From Macrostomum hystrix (taxonomy: Eukaryota > Animalia > Platyhelminthes), in contig CATNEN010000008.1 of NCBI GenBank assembly GCA_950097015.1, positions 2,542,001 to 2,606,000 on the forward strand: a stretch of DNA of 64,000 bases, written 5' to 3'. The stretch's first letter is position 1. Each line of letters begins with the position of its first letter. Made by a program: the position numbers and the translations under genes. The notes beneath the pieces were generated by a model. That model searched no databases. It was not told the origin of the DNA and saw only the letters and a program-made list of their open reading frames with translations. Below are positions 12,829 to 24,465 of the stretch, piece by piece.

Positions 12829-14889
12829 GAGCAGTTCTTACTATTTTAAATCATTTGAACTTGAGACACATAACAAATGTTAAATAAATACACAATAATT
12901 AAAAATGGGTCACTTGATAACCTTGGTACTTATGGGAATAATCTATGCAAAAAAACACCAGTGCTTAGGAAAAACAATGATTATTCAGTAAAAATGGAGC
13001 TGCAAACTCAATCCATTGGTCACTTTGCTCAATGTCAAAGGTCAAAATATAACCACTACTTAGCAACAATTGAATGGGGTCAATCATCCATAGCATCTTG
13101 ATAGTCCTCAGGCCTAGCCTGCAAGACTGCAAGCCAAAGCCTGCTTGCAAATAGCTTGAGGATAATACAATCTCACAGTGCTTTGTCAGCAATGTAATGT
13201 CAATGGCTCAGTAGGAATCCAGAGCTCTATTCTAAATTTTATGCTAAACTGCTCTGCTGTCAAGAAAATGCAGTACAATCCCAATGCTTAAATGAACACA
13301 ATAGTTACTAATGAGTGGTTTTCAGCTTCACTAAAGCAAAAAATGTAGTCACAAGCCATTCTTGAATACTTTAATTTGATGATTAACTTTCAACTTTCAA
13401 CAGCAGCAAGAGGGACAGTACAGTATTAGGGTCTTTTCCACCTAAGGTCCTGCTGTACTCCTGAGGAATTGTTATTAATTTACAGCATCTATAGCTTTTA
13501 TTAGTTATTTTTCCTTTTGTATCAGTATGCTGTAATTAACAATGAATGGCATTTTGTTCTACTTCTTTTTATAAAACCTGACACCAGTATATAGGCATAT
13601 TATTACATAATTCTTAGGAAAACGATTTTACAGTGATAAGGCCTTGGCTTGGTAAAAAAAGTTTAGAGTATACAGCAATGCAACTATAAAAATGCAAAAA
13701 ATTCCTGTGTAAGTTTTATATGGCATGCACTATGATCACATTTTAGTGCACTGAGGCATTGTCTATCTATATTTAGAAATATATATGATGGCCTATAAGC
13801 AGATTCATTTGCAATTGAAAATTTGTGAGGATATTAACTATTTCTTGTTTTGATAAATATGTGTCATAACTAGTAACACCTTTAAAGAAAGCAACTGATA
13901 AGCTTTTTTCTAAGCTAGGCCCCTAATCAATTTTTATAATTTGTATTATATTAAGTCTATTTCATTGCACTAATAATAAAACTATTTTTCTGTTAAAAAA
14001 AACAATTTAATTAGGGTTTTAGATTGATATGTTTCTTTAGTTTGATAGAAATATACTTGGAATTGGAATAGGCTTGGCTTGGTATTGGACTTTGTAGATG
14101 TGATGCACATCACTTGTGTATCATTAACTATAAACAAATCATGAAATTGTCCTGTCTCAATATATTAATGACAGCTATAGCTTAGAACCCACAGCTACAC
14201 AGCAAATATTAGGCCTAATATTTAAAATATATCTTGTCAAAACACAACACAAAATATCAACAAGTGAAATCGATTTCTTTAACAATAAAAAGTCCGAACT
14301 TATTAGGTACCAGATATTACCTAATGATCTCATTTAAACATCAATATTAAGTCTTATAGCAAGTCAAAAATTGTTAGGCCTAAGGTATTGTCATTGACAT
14401 GATAGACATCTTAAACTGACAGGAATGACTGACTAGACCAATTAAACTGACAGGAATGACTGACTAGACCAATTAAACAGAAAAGAATGACTGACTAGAC
14501 CTACTAAGAAAGTTGCACAGACAATCAAAACCAAACCCAAGGCAAAATGCAAAATGAGTTAGGCCTATATCCATATTTGAATTAGTGTTGCTAGGCCTAT
14601 AGTAAATTGATTTAGATAACTAGGCCTAGGCTAATTTAAAAGTTTTAATACATTGTGACATTTTGAGGAATGCAATGGCTTTAACTGGCTGTAACCCTCT
14701 TCAAAGTCACACTTGGTTTTGGAGAATGTGTACCTGTGTGACCAGCTCTTAGCTCTGCAGGGCTTTTAGCCGCATACCACTTTCAATCCAAGTCCCACAG
14801 ACTCCGACTACATGAGATGAGAGTCTTCAGTTATTGTTATTATAAACTTTAAAATTCCTTTTGCTGGCTTTTCTTTTTGTGTTAAATTC

Positions 14890-15060
14890 GAAAACTGGTA
14901 AAAATGATACACAACGACCGAATTTTTATTAATAAACGAATCTAAGCCTGTATAGAAATGGCTGCCGTGATTGTAGCGAAACGGGGAAGGACGAACAGTT
15001 ACATTAGGCCTAGGCGCGCCGCGCCGCGCTTAGAGGCGTTCAACAATAGATCTCAGGACA
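14890..15060. promoter_or_regulatory. Candidate promoter region upstream of DNPH1
   Basis: YY1-like AAATGGCTGCC at about 14955 and a local CG-rich patch (GGCGCGCCGCGCCGCGC) in AT-rich DNA; no transcript evidence. Confidence 0.25.
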
Positions 15061-15249
15061 AGTTTAAATATAAAAATAATTGTCATGTCGTAAAGCAAAC
15101 AAACTTATTTAAAACTCGCATGCGTATAACTCTTATTTTTTACAATTGACTTATTATTAATCATGCTTTTTAAGCAATAGCAATCTTTTTATATCTTGGT
15201 TAAACCGGTGTCTTTCTTCTACAATCCTCAGGTGGTTCTCTTATTCTGT

Positions 15250-15850
15250 TATCTCTACGAGTATCTCTTATTCTAATTCTGTTAGATTACCGTTTCAATT
15301 ACTGACTCTGTGAGAAAGAGTTGCCAGGATCAATACAATCGGTTCGATACAGTGTCTTAACAATTTATTAGAATTTTATTGTTTCTAATCGGCCTTATTA
15401 TTGCTAATTATAATTTTACCTATGCTTAGCTAGATATGAATGGTTGGCATATCTATAGTTATAAACAGACATGTCTCAGACCATAGTAGAAAGATACCTT
15501 GCATAGCTAGCTTCTAGCAAAAATCTAGCTAAAAGGCATGTTCTGTTAGACATTCGCTAGAATCGGCTTCAGATTTTCGTCCTTAACTCTATACTATAGG
15601 CGAACTCAATACTCTGGTCTTCGGCTATGCCTCCCCCATGTAGCCCAAATTGCTCGCAGTTTTTACCTAATTGATTCTGTCTTCTATGGTACATCCCATA
15701 CCGCTGCCATACTGCTGACAGCCAAGCACAAATTTGAACGCATAAAAAACCAAATATAGGACTCTAAAAACTATATTATCGAGCAAGAACAAGAGAGAAC
15801 AAGAAAGAACAAGTGCAGACAAATTAACTAGCAGCATCACAACATGGTCC
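15250..15850 (-). mobile_element. Degenerate LINE 3' fragment
   Basis: Minus-strand remnants LYLVF...QQYGSGMG..EDRIN*VK and NSFSQRVSN, resembling LINE ORF2 C-terminal motifs; many stops. Confidence 0.35.
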
Positions 15851-16125
15851 AAATAAAGCAGATTGTGCCAATTATCACTGAGGAACTTCTAGAAGGTTTG
15901 ATGTCCGAAAACTGCTTCACTAAGTGAAGGCGAGCTTCATTTAGATCATCGTCAGCCTTTTATTTGATTCGTAGTGAACAGTGTTACTCTCTGGATCATC
16001 AAATCATATCACAGGTGCCGATTCATTCAAATTAAGGATATCAGTGAATCAGCTTTCATTTCTGGGTTGATTTCAGCAGAAAAATATTTACTGATTTCAA
16101 GATTCTAAAATTGGCCAAGTCCACT

Positions 16126-19100
16126 ATGCTTCTACTGCTCCTAGCACTGCCTATTTCCATAGCAACTGCAGCCTTTGAGTTGCCGATTCGCAGGAGCCGA
16201 GTGCTCAGCTCCTGGCAGTCATCCTTCGATGACGGACCGACTTGCTTCAGCAACAGAAGCCTCGCTGATGAGGAAAACGTTGTAAAGAACAAAGCTTACA
16301 GCTACAGGTTCTTCCACAGCAAAAACAAAGACCATGCAGACGGAGGATTTCATTGGTTCGCAGTGCAGCTGAATGAGTCAGTGCTCATCAGATCGGTCAC
16401 TGTGAAGGGCAGAGAGGGTGAGTCACTGCTCAATTTGTTCCATGCACTTTAGATTCCACTGCTTAGTCGTGAAGTTCTCACTTTTAGATAGCGCTGCCTT
16501 TGTCCAATCGAGAGCCAGAGACATCGAGATCTGGACATCGAGCAGCAGCAGTCAGCTGTTCTCAGGTGATCACTGCAGCTCAAGAAGCATGAGCAGCCAG
16601 TTCAACAAGTCTCAGCAGCTCTGGAGACTGTGCGGCCTGACGGTGAGCAAGCACAAGGATATCCAGCCTCATGGTGAGATCTTCACCGTGAACTGCTCAG
16701 CGGAGGTGAGACCTGCTCTGTGCCTTGATTTGTGCTCTGTTGAGTTCTGGATCCCACTGAGATTTCATCTGAACTCCAGGTCAGACACTTGCTGCTGCGA
16801 AAGAACATCACTGTGTCATATTATTCTGAGGACATCATGAGCTTCGCAGATCTCAGGCTTCAGACTGTGCAGCTGAGTGAGTTCGGGTCTATTACTATGG
16901 ACACATTGGTGTCAAAGGGACCTATCGTTGTCTTTTTTGAAATTCCGAAATTCCGCTAATTAAGCAATGTCGATTAGATGATTTAAACAACTCCAGAGTC
17001 CTCAGCGCCTCAGCTGGTGTCTCAGAGCTCAAAGTTTAGCGTGAGCTGCTGGCTGGAATGCGATGGAGCAGAACTCAACTCGAGCTCAAGCGAGCTGCAG
17101 CTGTGCTCTCCCAACGACAACTGCATAAACGGCCATGAGCTGCACATTGGCAGTGCTCAGCCTGAGCACTCAGGTGACTACAGGTGCAGATTCGGCTCGG
17201 TTGCGAACACATCCAGTGTCAGTGTGCTGAGTGAGTTTAATATTAAAGTAATTTCTCAAATAGGAAGTTCGAGTTCGAAATTTCAATGGTAACTTATATT
17301 TTTCAGCGGCCTCCGTGGATCAGGTGGTGGCCATCAACTCGAATTTCACTGTGAGATGCGAGCTGCACTGCAACAGCTCACAGCTGTGCTCAAACTCTAG
17401 CGGACTCCAGCTCTGCCTTCCGAACGGTACCTGTATTGCAGAACACAAGACAGCAGTGGCTCAAGCTCTGCCTGATCACTCTGGAAAGTACTCTTGCAGA
17501 CTTGGCTCTGTCAGCAAGCAGACCTCAGTCACCGTGCTCTGTGAGCAGATTTTCTACTTTTTTATGCTCGTAACTTTTAAAGAATAATAAGGGCCTGAAA
17601 GCGGGACATTTTGCGCTTCAGATCGTCGCTTGGACCAATTAGTGAAACAATGAAAACAATAAAGCAGAAACTGGTCAGGGGAAAATTCATCCAATGACGA
17701 TGGTCGAAAGCTGAATGCAAAAACAATAATAAATTATAAGAGAAAGAAACATAACTAATGACACAAGCAAAGGTGTCAATGGTGTAATAACACCAAAAAT
17801 GATTGTTTATTGAACTACAATATAAGTTGAAATTGGTCAAAAGTAAAAAGCATACAGCACAAAACCTCAACTGACACAATGTCCACAGCACAAAACCTCA
17901 GCTGACACAATGCCCACAGCACAAAACCTCAGCTGACACAATGCCCACAGCACAAAACCTCAACTGACACAATGTCCACAGCACAAAACCTCAACTGACA
18001 CAATGTCCACAGCACAAAACCTCAACTGACACAATGTCCACAGCACAAAACCTCAACCGATACAATGTCCACATCACAAAACCTCAACTGACACAATGTC
18101 CACATCACAAAACCTCAACTGACACAATGTCCACATCACAATACCTCAACTGACACAATGTCCACAGCACAAAACCTCACCTGACACAATGTCCACAGCA
18201 CAAAACCTCAACCGATACAATGTCCACATCACAAAACCTCAACTGACACAATGCCCACGGGCATGGTGGCAAAACCCCAAGTCAATTGAAACACCAATGG
18301 CCAATTTGACCATCAACTATGGCTCATGGAATTCATGACTCGTTGATAAACTCACTCCACATAGATACTAGATTCCAATGCCTTTGAGTGCATCCGTACC
18401 ATTTACTCGTCACAGAGACTTCAGTCACATAAAATGCATTCGATCGCTATTAGTTTATCTGTTTATCATACAAGCTGGTCAAAATATTTTTTCAGCGGCC
18501 TCCGCGGATCAGGTTGTGGCCGTCAACTCGAATTTCACTGTGAGATGCGAGCTGCACTGCAACAGCTCACAGCTGTGCTCAAACTCAAGCGGACTCCAGC
18601 TCTGCCTTCCGAACGGTACCTGTATTGCAGAACACAAGACAGCAGTGGCTCAAGCTCTGCCTGATCACTCTGGAAAGTACTCTTGCAGACTTGGCTCTGT
18701 CAGCAAGCAGACCTCAGTCACCGTGCTCTGTGAGCAGATTTTCTACTTTTTTATGCTCGTAACTTTTAAAGAATAATAAGGGCCTGAAAGCGGGACATTT
18801 TGCGCTTCAAATCGTCGCTTGGACCAATTAGTGAAACAATGAAAACAATAAAGCAGAAACTGGTCAGGGGAAAATTCATCCAATGACGAAGGTTATAAGT
18901 TGAAATTGGTCAAAAGTCAAAGTCAAAAGGCAGTGACGTTGATTTTGGAAACAGACGAGCATTGAGCAGCAGCTCCCAAAAACCTCGCAGAGAATTTCAG
19001 CCCAGCAAGACAAGCTTCATCCGGTTGCTCTCAAGAATGGCACCATGGATGCAGAGCAGCTAATTTAGAAGAACTGCACCTGCGATTGCCATGAAGCACT

Positions 19101-22100
19101 GCTTACGATTCACCTCAGTCCACGAAACAGGGACACCAAGAGGGTGCTTCGTGATGTCTATCACGCTAAAAGAGTGAAATTTGCGACACCAATGTCCACA
19201 GCACAAAACCTCAACTGACAATGCTCACAGCACAAAACCTCAACTGACAATGTCCACAGCACAAAACCTCAACTGACAATGTCCACAGCACAAAACCTCA
19301 ACTGACAAAGCTCACAGCACAAAACCTCAACTGACAATGTCCACAGCACAAAACCTCAACTGACACAATGCCTACGGCATGGTGGCAGAAACCCAAGTCA
19401 ATTGAAACGCAAATGGCCAATTTGACCATCAACTATGGCTCATGCAATTCATGAACTCGTTGATAAACTCACTCCACATAGATACTAGATTCCAATGCCT
19501 CTGAGTGCATCCGTACCAATAAAATGCATTCGATCGCTATTCGTTTATCTGACTATCATACAAGCTGGTCAAAAATTTTTTTCAGCGGCCTCCGCGGATC
19601 AGGTGGTGGCCGTCAACTCGAGTTTCACTGTGAGCTGCGAGCTGCACTGCAACAGCTCACAGCTGTGCTCAAACTCAAGCGGACTCCAGCTCTGCCTTCC
19701 GAACGGTACCTGTATTGCAGAACACAAGACAGCAGTGGCTCAAGCTCTGCCTGATCACTCTGGAAATTACTCTTGCATCCTTGGCTCTCTGCAGACGCAG
19801 ATCCCAGTCACCGTGCAGTGTGAGTGAGCATCCAGAATTTTTCAATTATTTGTTCTCATAACAAATATTTCAGCTGCAATTTATAACAGCATCTCAAATT
19901 CCCGCCAGACCCGCCATCGAGTCTATCGATAAAATTCCTGGAAAGCTGCAAAAGCATGGCAAGAATAACGGTACAGTTCAGATCATCTGCTTCTCACCCA
20001 CTGCCTGAGCACACGTGCAACTTTCAAGCTGGCGAACTCAATGAAAAAAATGTCTCTCTGCTTTCACAGGTGAGTTGCATTCCGTATGACTCTCGAAACA
20101 CACTGTTGCACAACACTCGCAACGCATCACACTGTACTATATGAAACTGCAGGTGTCAGACAACAGGGGCCTCCTTAGCACGTGGTCGCTCGACAGCGGT
20201 GTCGAGCATGACATGAGCAAGAGCGATGTCCTTGTCAACTGCAGTGCGGCACAGAACCTCCCTGGGAACATGACTTTCGGCTCACCTGTTTACGCCACGG
20301 CTCGACTCGACTGCCCTGGGGCTGGGCTCGCGACTTTCACGATTGCTGTCTCAGCCACCATCGTTTTCGTTGTTGTGTCAGTAATCTGCGCTGCATGCTT
20401 TCTGCTCATCTCGAAGGTCAGTGCAGGAAAATGTGGCGATCGTGCCCTTCAGCAGCTGAACCTTCTGAACCTTTCCATTGCAGCTCCGAGTGCCGTCAAC
20501 TGAGCCTTCAGCAGCCGAGCTTAACCTGAGCTCAGGCACTCAGGACAAATCTAAAGTGTCACCTGAGGTGGTTCATCCGTCTAATTAGGTAAGTCAACGA
20601 GCCACTTAGACTTCAGCGAACAAACAGGGGCAGTCCTGTCCAAGAAATGCCACTTTTCTTATCCATAAAACTCGTTATTTGACAACAATGGCTACTTGGC
20701 TACAGTGGCTACTTGGCTACAGTGGCTATACTTGGCTACAGTGGCTACTTGGCTACAGTGGCTACTTGGCTACAGTGGCTACTTGGCTACAGTGGCTACT
20801 TGGCTACAGTGGCTACTCGGCTACAGTGGCTACTTGGCTACAGTGGCTACTTGGCTACAGTGGCTACTTGGCTACAGTGGCTACTTGGCTACAGTGGCTA
20901 CTTGGCTACAGTGGCTACTTGGCTACAGTGGCTACTTGGCTACAGTGGCTACTTGGCTACAGTGGCTACTTGGCTACAGTGGCTATACTTGGCTACAGTG
21001 GCTACTTGGCTACAGTGGCTACTTGGCTACAGTGGCTACTTGGCTACAGTGGCTACTTGGCTACAGTGGCTATACTTGGCTACAGTGGCTACTTGGCTAC
21101 AGTGGCTACTTGGCTACAGTGGCTACTTGGCTACAGTGGCTACTTGGCTACAGTGGCTACTTGGCTACAGTGGCTATACTTGGCTACAGTGGCTACTTGG
21201 CTACAGTGGCTACTTGGCTACAGTGGCTACTTGGCTACAGTGGCTACTTGGCTACAGTGGCTATACTTGGCTACAGTGGCTACTTGGCTACAGTGGCTAC
21301 TTGGCTACAGTGGCTACTTGGCTACAGTGGCTACTTGGCTACAGTGGCTACTCGGCTACAGTGGCTACTTGGCTACAGTGGCTACTTGGCTACAGTGGCT
21401 ACTTGGCTACAGTGGCTACTTGGCTACAGTGGCTATACTTGGCTACAGTGGCTACTTGGCTACAGTGGCTACTTGGCTACAGTGGCTACTTGGCTACAGT
21501 GGCTACTTGGCTACAGTGGCTACTCGGCTACAGTGGCTACTTGGCTACAGTGGCTACTTGGCTACAGTGGCTACTTGGCTACAGTGGCTACTTGGCTACA
21601 GTGGCTACTTGGCTACAGTGGCTACTTGGCTACAGTGGCTACTTGGCTACAGTGGCTACTTGGCTACAGTGGCTACTCGGCTACAGTGGCTACTTGGCTA
21701 CAGTGGCTACTTGGCTACAGTGGCTACTTGGCTACAGTGGCTACTTGGTTACAGTGGCTACTTGGCTACAGTGGCTACTTGGCTACAGTGGCTATACTTG
21801 GCTACAGTGGCTACTTGGCTACAGTGGCTACTTGGCTACAGTGGCTACTTGGCTACAGTGGCTACTTGGCTACAGTGGCTATACTTGGCTACAGTGGCTA
21901 CTTGGCTACAGTGGCTACTTGGCTACAGTGGCTACTTGGCTACAGTGGCTACTTGGTTACAGTGGCTACTTGGCTACAGTGGCTACTTGGCTACAGTGGC
22001 TATACTTGGCTACAGTGGCTACTTGGCTACAGTGGCTACTTGGCTACAGTGGCTACTTGGCTACAGTGGCTACTTGGCTACAGTGGCTATACTTGGCTAC

Positions 22101-23000
22101 AGTGGCTACTTGGCTACAGTGGCTACTTGGCTACAGTGGCTACTTGGCTACAGTGGCTATACTTGGCTACAGTGGCTACTTGGCTACAGTGGCTACTTGG
22201 CTACAGTGGCTACTTGGCTACAGTGGCTACTTGGCTACAGTGGCTATACTTGGCTACAGTGGCTACTTGGCTACAGTGGCTACTTGGCTACAGTGGCTAC
22301 TTGGCTACAGTGGCTACTTGGCTACAGTGGCTATACTTGGCTACAGTGGCTACTTGGCTACAGTGGCTACTTGGCTACAGTGGCTACTTGGCTACAGTGG
22401 CTACTTGGCTACAGTGGCTACTCGGCTACAGTGGCTACTTGGCTACAGTGGCTACTTGGCTACAGTGGCTACTTGGCTACAGTGGCTACTTGGCTACAGT
22501 GGCTACTTGGCTACAGTGGCTACTTGGCTACAGTGGCTACTTGGCTACAGTGGCTATACTTGGCTACAGTGGCTACTTGGCTACAGTGGCTACTTGGCTA
22601 CAGTGGCTACTTGGCTACAGTGGCTACTTGGCTACAGTGGCTATACTTGGCTACAGTGGCTACTTGGCTACAGTGGCTACTTGGCTACAGTGGCTACTTG
22701 GCTACAGTGGCTACTTGGCTACAGTGGCTACTTGGCTACAGTGGCTACTTGGCTACAGTGGCTACTTGTCAGTAGTGTTTCCATTTCATTTCCGAAACTA
22801 AATGAGTGCTCAAGGCTGCTCTGATTTCAGACAACCAACGGCTTCGATTCCGAATGCTGCTACTTGACTGTGTGTAGCATACCAGCGACTGATGCCGCTG
22901 CTGCTGCTGGTGCTGCTTTGGAGGGGCAGGACACAGACAGCGACTGCTGCACTGACTACATTGAGATTGTTGCTGTTGGCGACCTCAGCCATAGATTAAT
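16126..23000 (+). CDS. Type-I membrane receptor: signal peptide, F-type-lectin/discoidin-like domain, 4 Cys-rich Ig-like modules, FN3-like region, TM helix, cytoplasmic tail
   Basis: Exons 16126-16417, 16488-16705, 16780-16876, 16997-17230, 17307-17540, 18496-18729, 19586-19819, 19874-20069 (needs +1 nt), 20153-20416 (TM: FTIAVSATIVFVVVSVICAACFLLI), 20484-20567 or 20588, and a probable exon from 22831. The modules are phase-1 234-nt exons ending in [ED]HSG[DKN]YxC. The lectin-like part has FFHS..HWFAVQL..VLIRSVTV.GRED. The 3' end is uncertain. Confidence 0.7.
17860..18260. repeat. Minisatellite, 31-bp unit CACAGCACAAAACCTCAACTGACACAATGTC; a shorter-unit variant array lies at 19190-19372
   Basis: Tandem copies lying between the duplicated Ig exons. 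Confidence 0.92.
20689..22768. repeat. Minisatellite, 17-bp unit GGCTACAGTGGCTACTT (about 120 copies, with a 19-bp variant)
   Basis: Near-perfect tandem array in a receptor intron; gives three spurious 700-aa ORFs. Confidence 0.98.
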
Positions 23001-23061
23001 CACAACTGCACATTTTGGAGTGATTTTAGAGCTCGAAATTCTTGCATACCTTTGCAATACT

Positions 23062-23219
23062 GATTGTACCATGACTACGTGGCTATCGGGCGGGCTGATA
23101 TTCGATTATTGCCATAGACGATGTCATTTTGGCCCGAAAAGTTGGGCCGATAATGGATTATTTTTGTGTATTTTAACGTATAGCCACATACTATAAGCCA
23201 CATAGTCTATGGTACAATC
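23062..23219. mobile_element. MITE-like element with about 24-bp terminal inverted repeats
   Basis: Left GATTGTACCAT-GACTACGTGGCT; the reverse complement of the right end reads GATTGTACCATAGACTATGTGGCT. Confidence 0.6.
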
Positions 23220-23223
23220 ACAG

Positions 23224-23318
23224 TATTACCCAGGCTTTGCGGGCGATAATGAGAAATCCCTCGGGCGCCTTCGGCGCCCTCTGGCTTTCCCATTATCGCC
23301 CTGAAAGCCTGGGTAATA
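23224..23318. repeat. Long imperfect palindrome with an inner cTTCGg-loop hairpin
   Basis: TATTACCCAGGCTTT.. GGGCGATAATG pairs with CATTATCGCCC ..AAAGCCTGGGTAATA; centre GGGCGCC TTCG GCGCCC. Confidence 0.8.
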
Positions 23319-24127
23319 ATATACTATTATTAAGCTCGAGTAGTTGAATTTTAATTTCATTTTCTATGAAGCAATTTATCATAACAAAAAATCAAAAGAA
23401 ACTGTTCGTTCATTAGTTTTTTCTCTCACTAGCGGCTGATCAATTATTTATGCAGAATATGTTCAAGACACAAATATGTCTATCTGGTTGTCACCTCAGC
23501 CAATTTATTACATTAGCTGGGCAGACAGTCCCAAAAATGTACTTTTTTTAAATCATAGCTCGTAGAATCCAAGTTTCCTTCGACGATTCTCTCTGAATTT
23601 TCTCTGCTTTTTCCAACCAGACTGGCATTCAAGCATGCAAAATGCGTCAAAACTGTTCTTAAGTGTTACTTAATAAATATATAAAAATACAGTCTAACCA
23701 AAAGCATGAGACTCAATTTGATTTTTCCGTAATGCCTGAGGCGAATGTAGCAGCTGAGATCGAACTCTAAACCTATTTTGACTGTCACTCCTCATCAAAT
23801 AAAGAAATGTAAAACGGAACGGACGACAAAACCAACCTCATTCAAGTACCCACCTCACCTCTACCATCACCTGCTCGACAATCTACAAAACTGCGCTGAC
23901 TGTTGGGCAAATAAGATTTCTTGTGCAGTTCTCGCGATTTCAATTTTTTCAAAAGCACTCATTCCTATTTAACTGTACCAGTCAAAATATGTAACCAAAA
24001 TTACTTAACAGCACCAAATGATTTATAGGTGTATTAGTCGCTTATTTTACTCGTAGTTTTTGCCCTTCTATACACACATACCTAAAAAGTAAATTGCTAT
24101 AAGTATAGCTATAGTCTTCGTGACCAT

Positions 24128-24465
24128 CCTGCACGATGGGGATCAGGACCCGGCAGCTGATGGATTTGTGGCAAGCATCCACGATGGGGATCAGGACCCG
24201 GCAGCTGATGGATGTGTGGCAAACATCCACGATGGGGATCAGGACCCGGCAGCTGATGGATGTGTGGCAAACATCCACGATGGGGATCAGGACCCGGCAG
24301 CTGATGGATGTGTGGCAAACATCTACGATGGGGATCAGGACCCGGCAGCTGATGGATGTGTGGCAAACATCCACGATGGGGATCAGGACCCGGCAGCTGA
24401 TGGATGTGTGGCAAACATCCACGATGGGGATCAGGACCCGGCAGCTGATGGATGTGTGGCAAACA
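24128..24465. repeat. Minisatellite, 48-bp unit ACGATGGGGATCAGGACCCGGCAGCTGATGGATGTGTGGCAAACATCC
   Basis: 7 tandem copies. Confidence 0.95.

Noticed and set aside
14690-14830. Possible selenoprotein-like frame (in-frame TGA) or ncRNA upstream of DNPH1
   Set aside because: No start codon, no recognisable family motif or SECIS; more likely a 5' UTR exon or non-coding DNA.
15880-16010. C/D-box-like motifs (TGATGA...CTGA) on the minus strand
   Set aside because: The spacing is short, there is no terminal stem, and I recognise no rRNA-complementary guide.
18940-19190. Unique 250-bp stretch between duplicated Ig exons with short open frames
   Set aside because: Interrupted by a stop, lacks good splice sites, and shows no recognisable homology.
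20679-22824. Three overlapping ORFs of about 700 aa (WLQWLLGYSGYLATVAT)
   Set aside because: Translation of a stop-free 17-bp satellite; all three frames are open because the unit length is not a multiple of 3.
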